DNA from: Nemertoderma westbladi
Taxonomy: Eukaryota > Animalia > Xenacoelomorpha
Direction: 5' to 3'
DNA length: 64,000 nt
Assembly (NCBI GenBank): GCA_032718475.1
Contig: JAUCBJ010001498.1
Coordinates: forward strand, 1-64,000
Each line of letters starts with the position of its first letter. The first letter of the stretch is position 1. A model generated the notes under the pieces. The model saw only the letters and a program-made list of their open reading frames with translations, was not told the DNA's origin and made no database searches. Shown piece after piece: positions 13,468-36,100 of this stretch. Both the position numbers and the translations under genes were made by a program.

Positions 13468-14352
13468 ATGTCGAATTCTCAAGAAAAACCACAATTGAAT
13501 TTGTCAGATCTCGCCGGAATATCGAAACAACAATTTCTAGCAAAGATTACAAAGGAACGATTGTACGAAGCATTACAATCCGCAGGACTTCTCGATGACT
13601 CAAGGGATACTCAACTGAACGAGACAAGTTCACAGCAATGCAAATCAGATATGGCCACCATAATCCGTGATGCAATTCGTAACGAGTTGGCGGATGTTAA
13701 GGGCGAAATCTCTGGCGTTAATAAGAAACTAGACGAGCTGGGTGCTCTACGATCAAAAGTAACGGCGCTAAACGACGTGGTTGACAACGTGAAGAAAGAT
13801 AATGCAAAACTACGCAGCGAGGTAGAAGGTTGTAAAGATGTTATAGCAAAACAGCAGCGTCAACTAGAAGTTTTTGACACTGACAGAAGATCGAAGAATA
13901 TAATTATTCGTGGGATACCAGAAATAAATCCAGAAGTAGATCGCGCATTTTCAATAAAGATATTGAAGATTGCCGGCATGGAGAACCCTAACAACGTTTC
14001 GTTTAGACGATTAGGACGACAGTCAGATACAACTAATGGGACACAACAGGGTGGGAGTGCCCCGAGTCGTCCTCGACCGGTGTTAGTTGAGCTGGAGTCT
14101 CGCTATATTCGTGATAAGCTACTAGTTGGTGCCAAATCGTTGTCTAAGGCAGGAGAGGAATTTCACAACGTATATATTAAACGAGATGAGATACCCCAGA
14201 CCCTTGAAATGAATAGCAAACTGTACAAAGCGCTGCACGAGGAGAAACAGAAGCCCGTCAATATCAATGCAAACGTATTTATTAACTGGCGTACAAGGTG
14301 TGTGATGAGGGATAATACTGTATTATTTCAGGTACCCAAATTGGGTTTTTAA
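13468..14352 (+). CDS. LINE ORF1p (coiled coil plus RRM-like, L1-ORF1/Transposase_22-type)
   Basis: ATG at 13468 (MSNSQ). A heptad-rich coiled coil is followed by RRSKNIIIRGIPE, RRLG, RPRPVLVEL and VYIKRD, typical of LINE ORF1. Confidence 0.85.
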   Translation: MSNSQEKPQLNLSDLAGISKQQFLAKITKERLYEALQSAGLLDDSRDTQLNETSSQQCKSDMATIIRDAIRNELADVKGEISGVNKKLDELGALRSKVTALNDVVDNVKKDNAKLRSEVEGCKDVIAKQQRQLEVFDTDRRSKNIIIRGIPEINPEVDRAFSIKILKIAGMENPNNVSFRRLGRQSDTTNGTQQGGSAPSRPRPVLVELESRYIRDKLLVGAKSLSKAGEEFHNVYIKRDEIPQTLEMNSKLYKALHEEKQKPVNINANVFINWRTRCVMRDNTVLFQVPKLGF

Positions 14353-17300
14353 TAGGGCCGTGTGTAGATCTTAACATTCTTTGGTTTAATATCGCTGGAA
14401 TTCAGAATAAGTTAGAAAATAGAAATACTGTACACTTTTTACTCCAATTTGACATTATATTTTTATTGGAAATTAATAGTGCTTTGAATTTTACTGTACC
14501 TGGGCTCAAGTTTTTAAAGCGAAGTAAAATTTTACAAGGCAGAGGCCACCGTGGCGGTGTGGCTCTATTTGCCAAACCGTTTTTAGAGGATTTTATTACT
14601 GAAATAAAAGACAATTATGAGGACCAGTTGTGGATAAAAATACCTACCGTAGATTCAAGGTATATCGGAGGATGTTACATCCCCAATAGCAGTTCAAAAT
14701 TTTTTGATATATCATGTTTTGGGATTATTCAGGGTATGTTTATGTCTGGGGATGCCCTATTGGCCGGAGGTGATTTAAACAGTAGAATTGGTTACCCCGG
14801 TTGCCAACCGCTGGATGGGGCCTATAAAACCTGGCCAGATAATACTGTAAATAGCCATGGGAAAATATTGAAACAAATGTGTACTGACACGGATGCAGTT
14901 ATTGTGAACGGTTTAAAAGTACCATCATGTGATTTTCAGAGTGGTCTAACTTATAAAATAAAAGGAGTATGGAAGTCAGCTTTGGACTATATAATAGTAG
15001 CGAGGTCTCACGTAGAAGGTCCCAACAATAAACTCAGGTCATTAACTATTTGGTCTGACATAACCTTACCATCTGATCATGCACCAATTAGTATATCTAT
15101 TAGAGCAAACGAGATGCCTCTGGCACTATTAGATAAGCGAGCAACGAGTTTAGGTACCTATGACAATTACCTTAAAAGAGGGCACGAGGTAGCACATCGA
15201 TTGAAGCCAAACCAAAACAGTGTATCCAACTATACCCAGTATATGCGAGTCAATAACCCACCGCCGTCATTGAGTATGAACATGAGTGATGTGCATTTCA
15301 TTTGTAACGAACTTAGTAACCAATTATATGCTGCAGCAAAAACAACCCGTTGTAGGATAAAGGCGAGAGCTGGCAGTACCGACACCACATCTTGGGGGAA
15401 TGAGAGGTGGAACCACTTACTTGCATGTAAAGACTCTAAAACGTTATGGGCTGCCATTGATTGGAGAGGTAATGTATCTACGCTGTCAACTCAAACAGAT
15501 AGTCCAACATGCCCAACAGACGATGAATTTCAAGCTCATTACATACAATGCGCTATTAAATGATCCTGAGTATATAGAAGAGCAAATTGAATCTGAAATT
15601 AATATCCCTCTTTTAGATGAAGATATAACAATCAATGAAGTCAATGACGCAGCCTCGAAACTGAAATCGAACCGTGCTAGCGGTCCAGATGGATTGGCAT
15701 CCGAATATTTGAAATCACTTCCAATGAACTGGCTGATTACTTTAACAATGATATTTAACTTGGTATTCTCTTCTAGAATTTACCCGAACACATGGGCATA
15801 TGCTACACTTGTGTCAATCTTTAAGAAAGGAAATCGAATGTTATGTTCGAATTATAGGGGGATCAGTGTCATGAACTGTATACCTAAGCTTTATGATATG
15901 ATATTAACTAGTAGGCTCATGGCCTGGTATAAACCATTACCTGAGCAAGCAGGTGCTAGTAAGGGCCGAGGATGTATTGAGCAAATACTGGCGATACGAT
16001 TGCTTTGTGATCATGCGAGGAAATGTAAAGCTATACTCTATGTGGTCTTTGTAGATTTCGAAAAGGCCTATGACAATGTTAATCGTAACTACATGTTTGA
16101 AATGTTGAATAAGCTTGGTTGTGGTTCTAGAATGCTTAGAGCTTTACAGGCTATGTATAAGACAACTATTGCTTCAGTCCACTCACTATATATTATTTGT
16201 AATAAAGGCGTCCGCCAAGGTTCACCAGGAAGCTTATACTTGTTCGTAACCATTATTGATTGTTTTGTAAGAGCACTTAAAAAGCTCACACCCGATAGCT
16301 GGCTCAGAAAGCTCCACAGTGTACTACTTATGGATGATACTGCAATAATGGGAACATCTAGGGAGGCAATTATTGTGAAATTAAAAGTGCTTGAGGAATT
16401 CTGCCGGACTTCTGGGATGATCATCAATATTAAGAAAACCAAATTTATTGTAATAAACGGAACTGACGATGACAAACGCGACTTCATTATTGGGAACAAA
16501 GCAATAAAATATACAAATTCATATATATATCTGGGCTCACCTATTTCTGCAGACGGTTTAGTTTCAACCGCAATAGAGCTGATAGCAAAGGAGAAACAGT
16601 CGCACTTATTGAAATTCTCTACATTCATCAATAAGAACCCTGATGTACCATTCCGTGTGAAAAGGAAAATTTTTGATGCTGCCTTAATCAGCAATTACAT
16701 ATGGGTGCGAAACATGGTGCGGTGGGTCAATAGTTCCAATGACGAAGATTTACATGTCAATGGTACGTCTGTTATTGGGTGTCCGACCAACAACGTGTGG
16801 CGACATTTGCCTGATCGAGCTCGGTATTCCTGACTTTGAGACTTTAGTCCTGGACAAACAACGAAAATTCTTAAATAACTTCACTATTGTCGATGATTCC
16901 CCTCTAAAGATAGCTATGGAACTCGTTGAAGTTTCTAGAAGTCCAATGTACCTAGCTATGGAGAGGGTAAGGAAACTGCCCAATAATTACCTTGATCAGC
17001 AGCATTCAAAACTCACGAAATCGGTAGTAACATCAATGACAACAAAACGTCACCTTTATAAACTAATGAACCCTACTACGTCACCACCTCATTTATACTT
17101 TGATCCAAGGGTTCCAGAACGTCATAGGATATCCTGGTCCCGCTTCAGATTAGGCAGCCACAATTTCCCAGTTGAACGAATGCGGTGGGCGAGAGTGAAA
17201 CCAGAGGAGCGTTGGTGTCAGTGCGGGGCAATTCAAACTGAACAGCACTTAGTTACGGAGTGTCCTAAAGCACTGAAACATAGAACAGAGACAGAGGGGT

Positions 17301-17401
17301 GTACTGGAACGGCTTGGAACGATCTGGCTAGTTTATTTGCTTTGGAAAACCAGCCTGCTATAGCCAAAATGATTTATAAAATAAACGGCGAATTTGATTG
17401 A
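14343..17401 (+). pseudogene. LINE ORF2 (AP endonuclease, reverse transcriptase, C-terminal Cys/His finger), disrupted by two frameshifts (about 15540 and 16695)
   Basis: APE motifs LWFNIAG, DIIFLLE, GDLNSR, LDY, SDH. RT motifs NYRGIS, EQAG, FVDFEKAYD, GVRQG, LLMDD, YLG; YGCETW in a shifted frame; RFRLGSH...CQCG...EQHLVTECP. Confidence 0.9.
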
Positions 17402-17775
17402 TATTTTGAAAGAATTTTCTATTTGAAAGGTTGAACATATTTGGTTTTTGTATCTTAGTTTCATGACAATTTATTTATTTGAAAATTTAAGTAAGTGAAG
17501 TTTCTTTTACGGAGCCCCTGAAGTTTTCATTAGTTTTCGACAATGAATCGATTATTATATATATATATATTATATATATATTTTACGTATATTTTTTACG
17601 TATGCTATATTTTACGTATGTATAATATATTTATTTACTGTAAGAGAATTATTTATTGTTCTTACCGGTACATTTACTGGTCTCACCATTCTTCACACGG
17701 CCAAGAAGTAATTAATTTGTGATATAATATTGTGTATTTATATGTGATGACAATAAACTTCAATCAATCAATCAC

Positions 17776-28683
<10,908 letters not shown>

Positions 28684-28887
28684 TTAGGCCTAAATGTATA
28701 CCGGTAGCCGTTTGATATGAAAAATAGAATTAAAAAATGTACAACAAGAAACGAACATGTTAGCACCGTTCAAATTACTTTAATAGAAAGATACACCCCA
28801 GTCGAATTCGGGGCGAATTAGAACAATTAAGTAGTCGAATTCGGGGCGAATTAGCACAATTAAGTAAAGTATTTTATTCCAAAATTG

Positions 28888-29093
28888 GAACATTACTCAA
28901 CGCCGTTAGTATTAACAGCGAGTTGTTATTTAGCACTTTACAACTTTAGAGGACATTACACAGCATTGTATTGGCCTGTACATTTAGTATTGTATTTGAT
29001 GTTATTGTTTGCGTGGTAACACTTGACGGCGTTAAGTAATGTCCACTAAGGGGACATTACTTAACGCCATCATGAGTTACCACGTAAACAATA
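28888..29093. mobile_element. Probable adjacent MITE ends (PIF/Harbinger-like, TIR about GGGGACATTACTTAACGCC) meeting at a TAA
   Basis: ggaacattactcaacgccgt at about 28888, its reverse complement at about 29026-29044, then taa and ggggacattacttaacgcc. Confidence 0.45.
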
Positions 29094-29593
29094 GGTGGAA
29101 ATATGCCTGACAGCCAGATAGGCCTACTGCATTACCTATAGCTACTGCAATACTGTATAGCTATTAATAACCAGTAGGGCCTAGCTATATTATTATTATT
29201 ACATGGCTCCAAACGCCACCATAAATATAAGCTAACTTATTTATAACATAATTTATGTCATTTTTACATTTATTTATACAGCAACTAATATAATTTGTGA
29301 TTTCTATCACTTGCAATGTATATGTACAATCATTTCGTAATGTTAAAATTTGGAATAAAACTACATCCATACTTGTTGAAAAGTACTTTACTGTGTTCTG
29401 ATCCTCGTGGCTTTATTTTCACTCACTCACTACAAAGCCACTCGGATCATCACACTGTAAAGTGCTACTTTACACACAAGTATGTAAATAGTTATAATAC
29501 GTAGCAAAAGCTAAAAAGAGTTTTATAATTATTGAGAGAGGGTATTAAATATGGAGGCATTACAATTTAAGATGAAATAGAACTAACACCAAC

Positions 29594-29721
29594 CTGCCGG
29601 GGACTTTCAGCAATATATTTTCTGGTTTCAAGTCGCAATGAATTATTCGATGCTCGTGCAGAGTGCGAAGGCAGACAACCATAGAATTCGCGAATTTTCG
29701 GACAAGTTCTAAACTGAATCC
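29594..29721 (-). CDS. DYRK2: DYRK2-like exon with catalytic loop ([13 protein letters not shown]...[15 protein letters not shown])
   Basis: HCDLKPEN catalytic motif read by hand; atccag|GGA acceptor and AG|GTTGGT donor, phases consistent. Confidence 0.95.
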
Positions 29722-30175
29722 CTGGATAATAAGAAATTTAGTTTCACTAAAAAAAAGAGTTGAACAGGTGCACTGGTGGCACTTCCTTTAAATCGTAGAC
29801 TTGTAATTTGAATTTCCCTTTTATTCTTTGTAGCTTGGTCTTGGTAAGCTGAAGCAGCACCATAAACTTACGCCAATCACGCTTATGCGAGATTGACCTC
29901 CCTCCTCCTCCGTGGGTGAGCAATACTTTTTCTTTCATTCTTTAGCTACAAGCGTTTAAAAAAGGTATCTCCGTCAATATTGCACCAGTCGTACTGCAGT
30001 TATTCTTTAACCTTATAGTGATTTGTTGGTACAGGTACAGATGTAAAGCTGCCAAACTATTCTTCTAGAGCATTTTGTTAAAATCTATGAATACAGTGAA
30101 AAGCTACGAAATAGTAATATTACTGTTGACACAACAACCAGGATATCGGTCCATGGATTTCACCACGAAATATAT

Positions 30176-33100
30176 GCCGACGCCAACCCAGCAGACAGCT
30201 GTTTGTGTCTCTTTTGCTGTTACCTTGCTCTGACACCAACCCAGACATAGCTGTATGTGTCTGTTTGCTGAGACCTGGCTCCAACGCCAATCCAGACAGC
30301 TGTTTGTGTCTGCTTTGCTGAGACCTGGCTCCGACGCCAACCCAAACAGCTGTTTGTGTCTGCTTTGCTGAGACCTGGCTCCGACGCCAACCCAGACAGC
30401 TGTATGTGTCTGCTTTACTGAGACCTGGCTCCGACGCCAACCCAGACAGCTGTTTGTGTCTGCTTTGCTGAGACCTGGCTCCGACGCCAACCCAGACAGC
30501 TGTTTGTGTCTGCTTTGCTGAGACCTGGCTCCGACACCAAGACAGCTGTTTGTGTCTGCTTTGCTGAGACCTGTCTCCGACGCCAACCCAGACAGCTGTT
30601 TGTGTCTGCTTTGCTGAGACCTGGCTCCGACGCCAACCCAGACAGCTGCAGGTGTCTGCTTTGCTGAGACCTGGCTCCGACAGCAAGACAGCTGTTTGTG
30701 TCTGCTTTGCTGAGACCTGGCTCCGACAACAACCCAGACAGCTGTTTGTGTCTGCTTTGCTGAGACCTGGCTCCGATACCAACCCAGGCAGCTGTTTGTG
30801 TCTGCTTTGCTGAGACCTGGATCCGACACCAACCCAGACAGCAGTTTGTGTCTGCTTTGCTGAGACCTGGATCCGACACCAAGACAGCTGTTTGTGTCGC
30901 TTTGCTGAGACCTGGCTCCGACGCCAACCCAGACAGCTGTTTGTGTCTGCTTTGCTGAGACCTGGTTCCGACGCCAAGACAGCTGTTTGTGTCTGTTTTG
31001 CTGAGACCTGGCTCCGACGCCAACCCAGACAGATGTTTGTGTCTGCTTTGCTGAGACCTGGCTCCGACACCAACCCAGACAGCTGTTTGTGTCTGCTTTG
31101 CTGAGACCTGGCTCCGATACCAACCCAGGCAGCTGTTTGTGTCTGCTTTGCCGAGACCTGGATCCGACACAAACCCAGACACCTGTTTGTGTCTGCTTTG
31201 CAGAGACCTGGCTCCGATACCAACCCAAACAGCTGTTTGTGTCTGCTTTGCTGAGACCTGGCTCCGACGCCAACCCAGACAGCTGTTTGTGTCTGCTTTG
31301 CTGAGACCTGGTTCCAACGCCAACCCAGACAGCTGTTTGAGTCTGCTTTGCTGAAACCTGGCTCCGACACCAACCCAGACAGCGGTTTGTGTCTGCGTTG
31401 GTGAGACCTGGCTCCGACACCAACCCAGACAGCTGTTTGTGTCTGCTTTGCTGGAACCTGGATCCGACACTAACCCAGACAGCTGTTTGTGTCTGCTTTG
31501 CTGGGACCTGGCTCCGACGCCAACCCAGACAGCTGTTTGTGTCTGCTTTGCTGGGACCTGGCTCCGACGCCAACCCAGACAGCTGTTTGTGTCTGCTTTG
31601 CTGGAACCTGGATCCGACGCCAACCCAGACAGCTGTTTGTGTCTGCTTTGCTGAGACCTGGCTCCGACGCCAAGACAGCTGTTTGTGTCTGCTTTGCTAA
31701 GACCTGGCTCCGACGCCAACCCAGACAGCGGTTTGTGTCTGCTTTGCTGAGACCTGGCTCCGACGCCAAGGCAGCTGTTTGTGTCTGCTTTGCTGAGACC
31801 TGGCTCCGACGCCAAACCAGACAGCTGTTTGTGTCTGCTTTGCTGATACCTGGCTCCGACACCAACCCAGACAGCTGTTTGTGTCTGCTTTGCTGAGACC
31901 TGGCTCCGACGCCAACCCAGACAGCTGTTTGTGTCTGCTTTGATGAGACCTGGCTCCGACAGCAAGACAGCTGTTTGTGTCTGCTTTGCTGAGACCTGGC
32001 TCCGACGCCAACCCAGACAGCGGTTTGTGTCTGCTTTGCTGAGACCTGGCTCCGACGCCAAGGCAGCTGTTTGTGTCTGCTTTGCTGAGACCTGGATCCG
32101 ACACCAACCCAGACAGCTGTTTGTGTCTGCTTTGCTGAGACCTGGCTCCGACGCCAATCCAGGCAGCTGTTTGTGTCTGCTTTGCTGAGACCTGGCTCCG
32201 ACACCAACCCAGACAGCTGTTTGTGTCTGCTTTGCTGAGACCTGGCTCCGACGCCAATCCAGGCAGCTGTTTGTGTCTGCTTTGCTGAGACCTGGCTCCG
32301 ACAGCAAGACAGCTGTTTGTTTCTGCTTTGCTGAGACCTGGCTCCGATACCAACCCAAACAGCTGTTTGTGTCTGCTTTGCTGAGACCTGGCTCCGACGC
32401 CAACCCAGACAGCTGTTTGTGTCTGCTTTGCTGAGACCTGGTTCCAACGCCAACCCAGACAGCTGTTTGAGTCTGCTTTGCTGAAACCTGGCTCCGACAC
32501 CAACCCAGACAGCGGTTTGTGTCTGCGTTGCTGAGACCTGGCTCCGACACCAACCCAGACAGCTGTTTGTGTCTGCTTTGCTGGAACCTGGATCCGACAC
32601 TAACCCAGACAGCTGTTTGTGTCTGCTTTGCTGGGACCTGGCTCCGACGCCAACCCAGACAGCTGTTTGTGTCTGCTTTGCTGGGACCTGGCTCCGACGC
32701 CAACCCAGACAGCTGTTTGTGTCTGCTTTGCTGGAACCTGGATCCGACGCCAACCCAGACAGCTGTTTGTGTCTGCTTTGCTGAGACCTGGCTCCGACGC
32801 CAAGACAGCTGTTTGTGTCTGCTTTGCTGAGACCTGGCTCCGACGCCAACCCAGACAGCTGTTTGTGTCTGCTTTGCTGGGACCTGGATCCGACACCAAC
32901 CCAGACAGCTGTTTGTGTCTGCTTTGCTGAGACCTGGCTCCGACGCCAAGACAGCTGTTTGTGTCTGCTTTGCTAAGACCTGGCTCCGACGCCAACCCAG
33001 ACAGCGGTTTGTGTCTGCTTTGCTGAGACCTGGCTCCGACGCCAAGGCAGCTGTTTGTGTCTGCTTTGCTGAGACCTGGCTCCGACGCCAAACCAGACAG

Positions 33101-36100
33101 CTGTTTGTGTCTGCTTTGCTGATACCTGGCTCCGACACCAACCCAGACAGCTGTTTGTGTCTGCTTTGCTGAGACCTGGCTCCGACGCCAACCCAGACAG
33201 CTGTTTGTGTCTGCTTTGATGAGACCTGGCTCCGACAGCAAGACAGCTGTTTGTGTCTGCTTTGCTGAGACCTGGCTCCGACGCCAACCCAGACAGCGGT
33301 TTGTGTCTGCTTTGCTGAGACCTGGCTCCGACGCCAAGGCAGCTGTTTGTGTCTGCTTTGCTGAGACCTGGATCCGACACCAACCCAGACAGCTGTTTGT
33401 GTCTGCTTTGCTGAGACCTGGCTCCGACGCCAATCCAGGCAGCTGTTTGTGTCTGCTTTGCTGAGACCTGGCTCCGACACCAACCCAGACAGCTGTTTGT
33501 GTCTGCTTTGCTGAGACCTGGCCCCGACGCCAATCCAGGCAGCTGTTTGTGTCTGCTTTGCTGAGACCTGGCTCCGACAGCAAGACAGCTGTTTGTTTCT
33601 GCTTTGCTGAGACCTGGCTCCGACACCAACCCAGACAGCTGTTTGTGTCTGCTTAGCTGAGACCTGGCTCCGACGTCAAACCAGACAGCTGTTGGTGTCT
33701 GCTTTGCTGAGACCTGGCTCCGACGCCAATCCAGGCAGCTGTTTGTGTCTGCTTTGCTGAGACCTGGCTCCGACAGCAAGACAGCTGTTTGTTTCTGCTT
33801 TGCTGAGACCTGGCTCCGACACCAACCCAGACAGCTGTTTGTGTCTGCTTAGCTGAGACCTGGCTCCGACGTCAAACCAGACAGCTGTTGGTGTCTGCTT
33901 TGCTGAGACCTGGCTCCGACACCAAGACAGCTGTTTGTGTCTGCTTTGCTGAGACCTGGCTCCGACAGCAAGACAGCTGTTTGTTTCTGCTTTGCTGAGA
34001 CCTGGCTCCGACACCAACCCAGACAGCTGTTTGTTTCTGCTTTGCTGAGACCTGGCTCCGACACCAACCCAGACAGCTGTTTGTGTCTGCTTAGCTGAGA
34101 CCTGGCTCCGACGTCAAACCAGACAGCTGTTGGTGTCTGCTTTGCTGAGATCTGGCTCCGACACCAAGACAGCTGTTTGTGTCTGCTTTGCTGAGACCTG
34201 GCTCCGACAGCAAGACAGCTGTTTGTTTCTGCTTTGCTGAGACCTGGCTCCGACACCAACCCAGACAGCTGTTTGTTTCTGCTTTGCTGAGACCTGGCTC
34301 CGACACCAACCCAGACAGCTGTTTGTGTCTGCTTAGCTGAGACCTGGCTCCGACGTCAAACCAGACAGCTGTTGGTGTCTGCTTTGCTGAGACCTGGCTC
34401 CGACACCAAGACAGCTGTTTGTGTCTGCTTTGCTGAGACCTGGCTCCGACAGCAAGACAGCTGTTTGTGTCTGCTTTGCTGAGACCTGGCTCCGACAGCA
34501 AGACAGCTGTTTGTGTCTGCTTAGCTGAGACCTGGCTCCGACGTCAAACCAGACAGCTGTTGGTGTCTGCTTTGCTGAGACCTGGCTCCGACACCAAGAC
34601 AGCTGTTGGTGTCTGCTTTGCTGAGACCTGGCTCCGACACCAAGACAGCTGTTTGTGTCTGCTTTGCTGAGACCTGGCTCCGACAGCAAGACAGCTGTTT
34701 GTGTCTGCTTTGCTGAGACCTGGCTCCGACAGCAAGACAGCTGTTTGTGTCTGCTTTGCTGAGACCTGGCTCCGACAGCAAGACAGCTGTTTGTTTCTGC
34801 TTTGCTGAGACCTGGCTCCGACACCAACCCAGACAGCTGTTTGTGTCTGCTTAGCTGAGACCTGGCTCCGACGTCAAACCAGACAGCTGTTGGTGTCTGC
34901 TTTGCTGAGACCTGGCTCCGACACCAAGACAGCTGTTTGTGTCTGCTTTGCTGAGACCTGGCTCCGACAGCAAGACAGCTGTTTGTGTCTGCTTTGCTGA
35001 GACCTGGCTCCGACAGCAAGACAGCTGTTTGTGTCTGCTTTGCTGAGACCTGGCTCCGACAGCAAGACAGCTGTTTGTTTCTGCTTTGCTGAGACCTGGC
35101 TCCGACACCAACCCAGACAGCTGTTTGTGTCTGCTTTGCTGAGACCTGTCTGCGACGCCAACCCAAACAGCTGTTTGTGTCTGCTTTGCTGAGACCTGGC
35201 TCCGACGCCAACCCAGACAGCTGTTTGTGTCTGCTTTGCTGAGACCTGGCTCCGACGCCAACCCAGACAGCTGTTTGTGTCTGCTTTGCTGAGACCTGGC
35301 TCCGACGCCAACCCAGACAGCTGTTTGTGTCTGCTTTGCTGAGACCTGGCTCCGACGCCAACCCAGACAGCTGTTTGTGTCTGCTTTGCTGAGACCTGGC
35401 TCCGACGCCAACCCAGACAGCTGTTTGTGTCTGCTTTGCTGAGACCTGGCTCCGACGCCAACCCAGACAGCTGTTTGTGTCTGCTTTGCTGAGACCTGGC
35501 TCCGACGCCAACCCAGACAGCTGTTTGTGTCTGCTTTGCTGAGACCTGGCTCCGACGCCAACCCAGACAGCTGTTTGTGTCTGCTTTGCTGAGACCTGTC
35601 TGCGACGCCAACCCAAACAGCTGTTTGTGTCTGCTTTGCTGAGACCTGGCTCCGACGCCAACCCAGACAGCTGTTTGTGTCTGCTTTGCTGAGACCTGTC
35701 TGCGACGCCAACCCAAACAGCTGTTTGTGTCTGCTTTGCTGAGACCTGGCTCCGACGCCAACCCAGACAGCTGTTTGTGTCTGCTTTGCTGAGACCTGGC
35801 TCCGACGCCAACCCAGACAGCTGTTTGTGTCTGCTTTGCTGAGACCTGGCTCCGACGCCAACCCAGACAGCTGTTTGTGTCTGCTTTGCTGAGACCTGGC
35901 TCCGACGCCAACCCAGACAGCTGTTTGTGTCTGCTTTGCTGAGACCTGGCTCCGACGCCAACCCAGACAGCTGTTTGTGTCTGCTTTGCTGAGACCTGTC
36001 TGCGACGCCAACCCAAACAGCTGTTTGTGTCTGCTTTGCTGAGACCTGGCTCCGACGCCAACCCAGACAGCTGTTTGTGTCTGCTTTGCTGAGACCTGGC

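Larger units (their letters stand above)
13306..17775 (+). mobile_element. Near full-length non-LTR retrotransposon (RTEX/L2-group-like) with ORF1 and a frameshifted ORF2, inserted in minisatellite B
   Basis: 5' UTR with a duplicated tgactggccctactgccctactgccc, ORF1, APE-RT-Zn-finger ORF2, AT-rich 3' UTR, AATAAA at 17752 and a (TCAA)n tail joined to the satellite. Confidence 0.92.

Noticed and set aside
28799-28866. Two-copy 33-bp direct repeat (agtcgaattcggggcgaattag)
   Set aside because: A simple local duplication with no further structure.
29747-30175. Possible minus-strand RT relic (LFTVFIDFNK) and the 63-aa ORF
   Set aside because: A single weak motif, too degraded to call.
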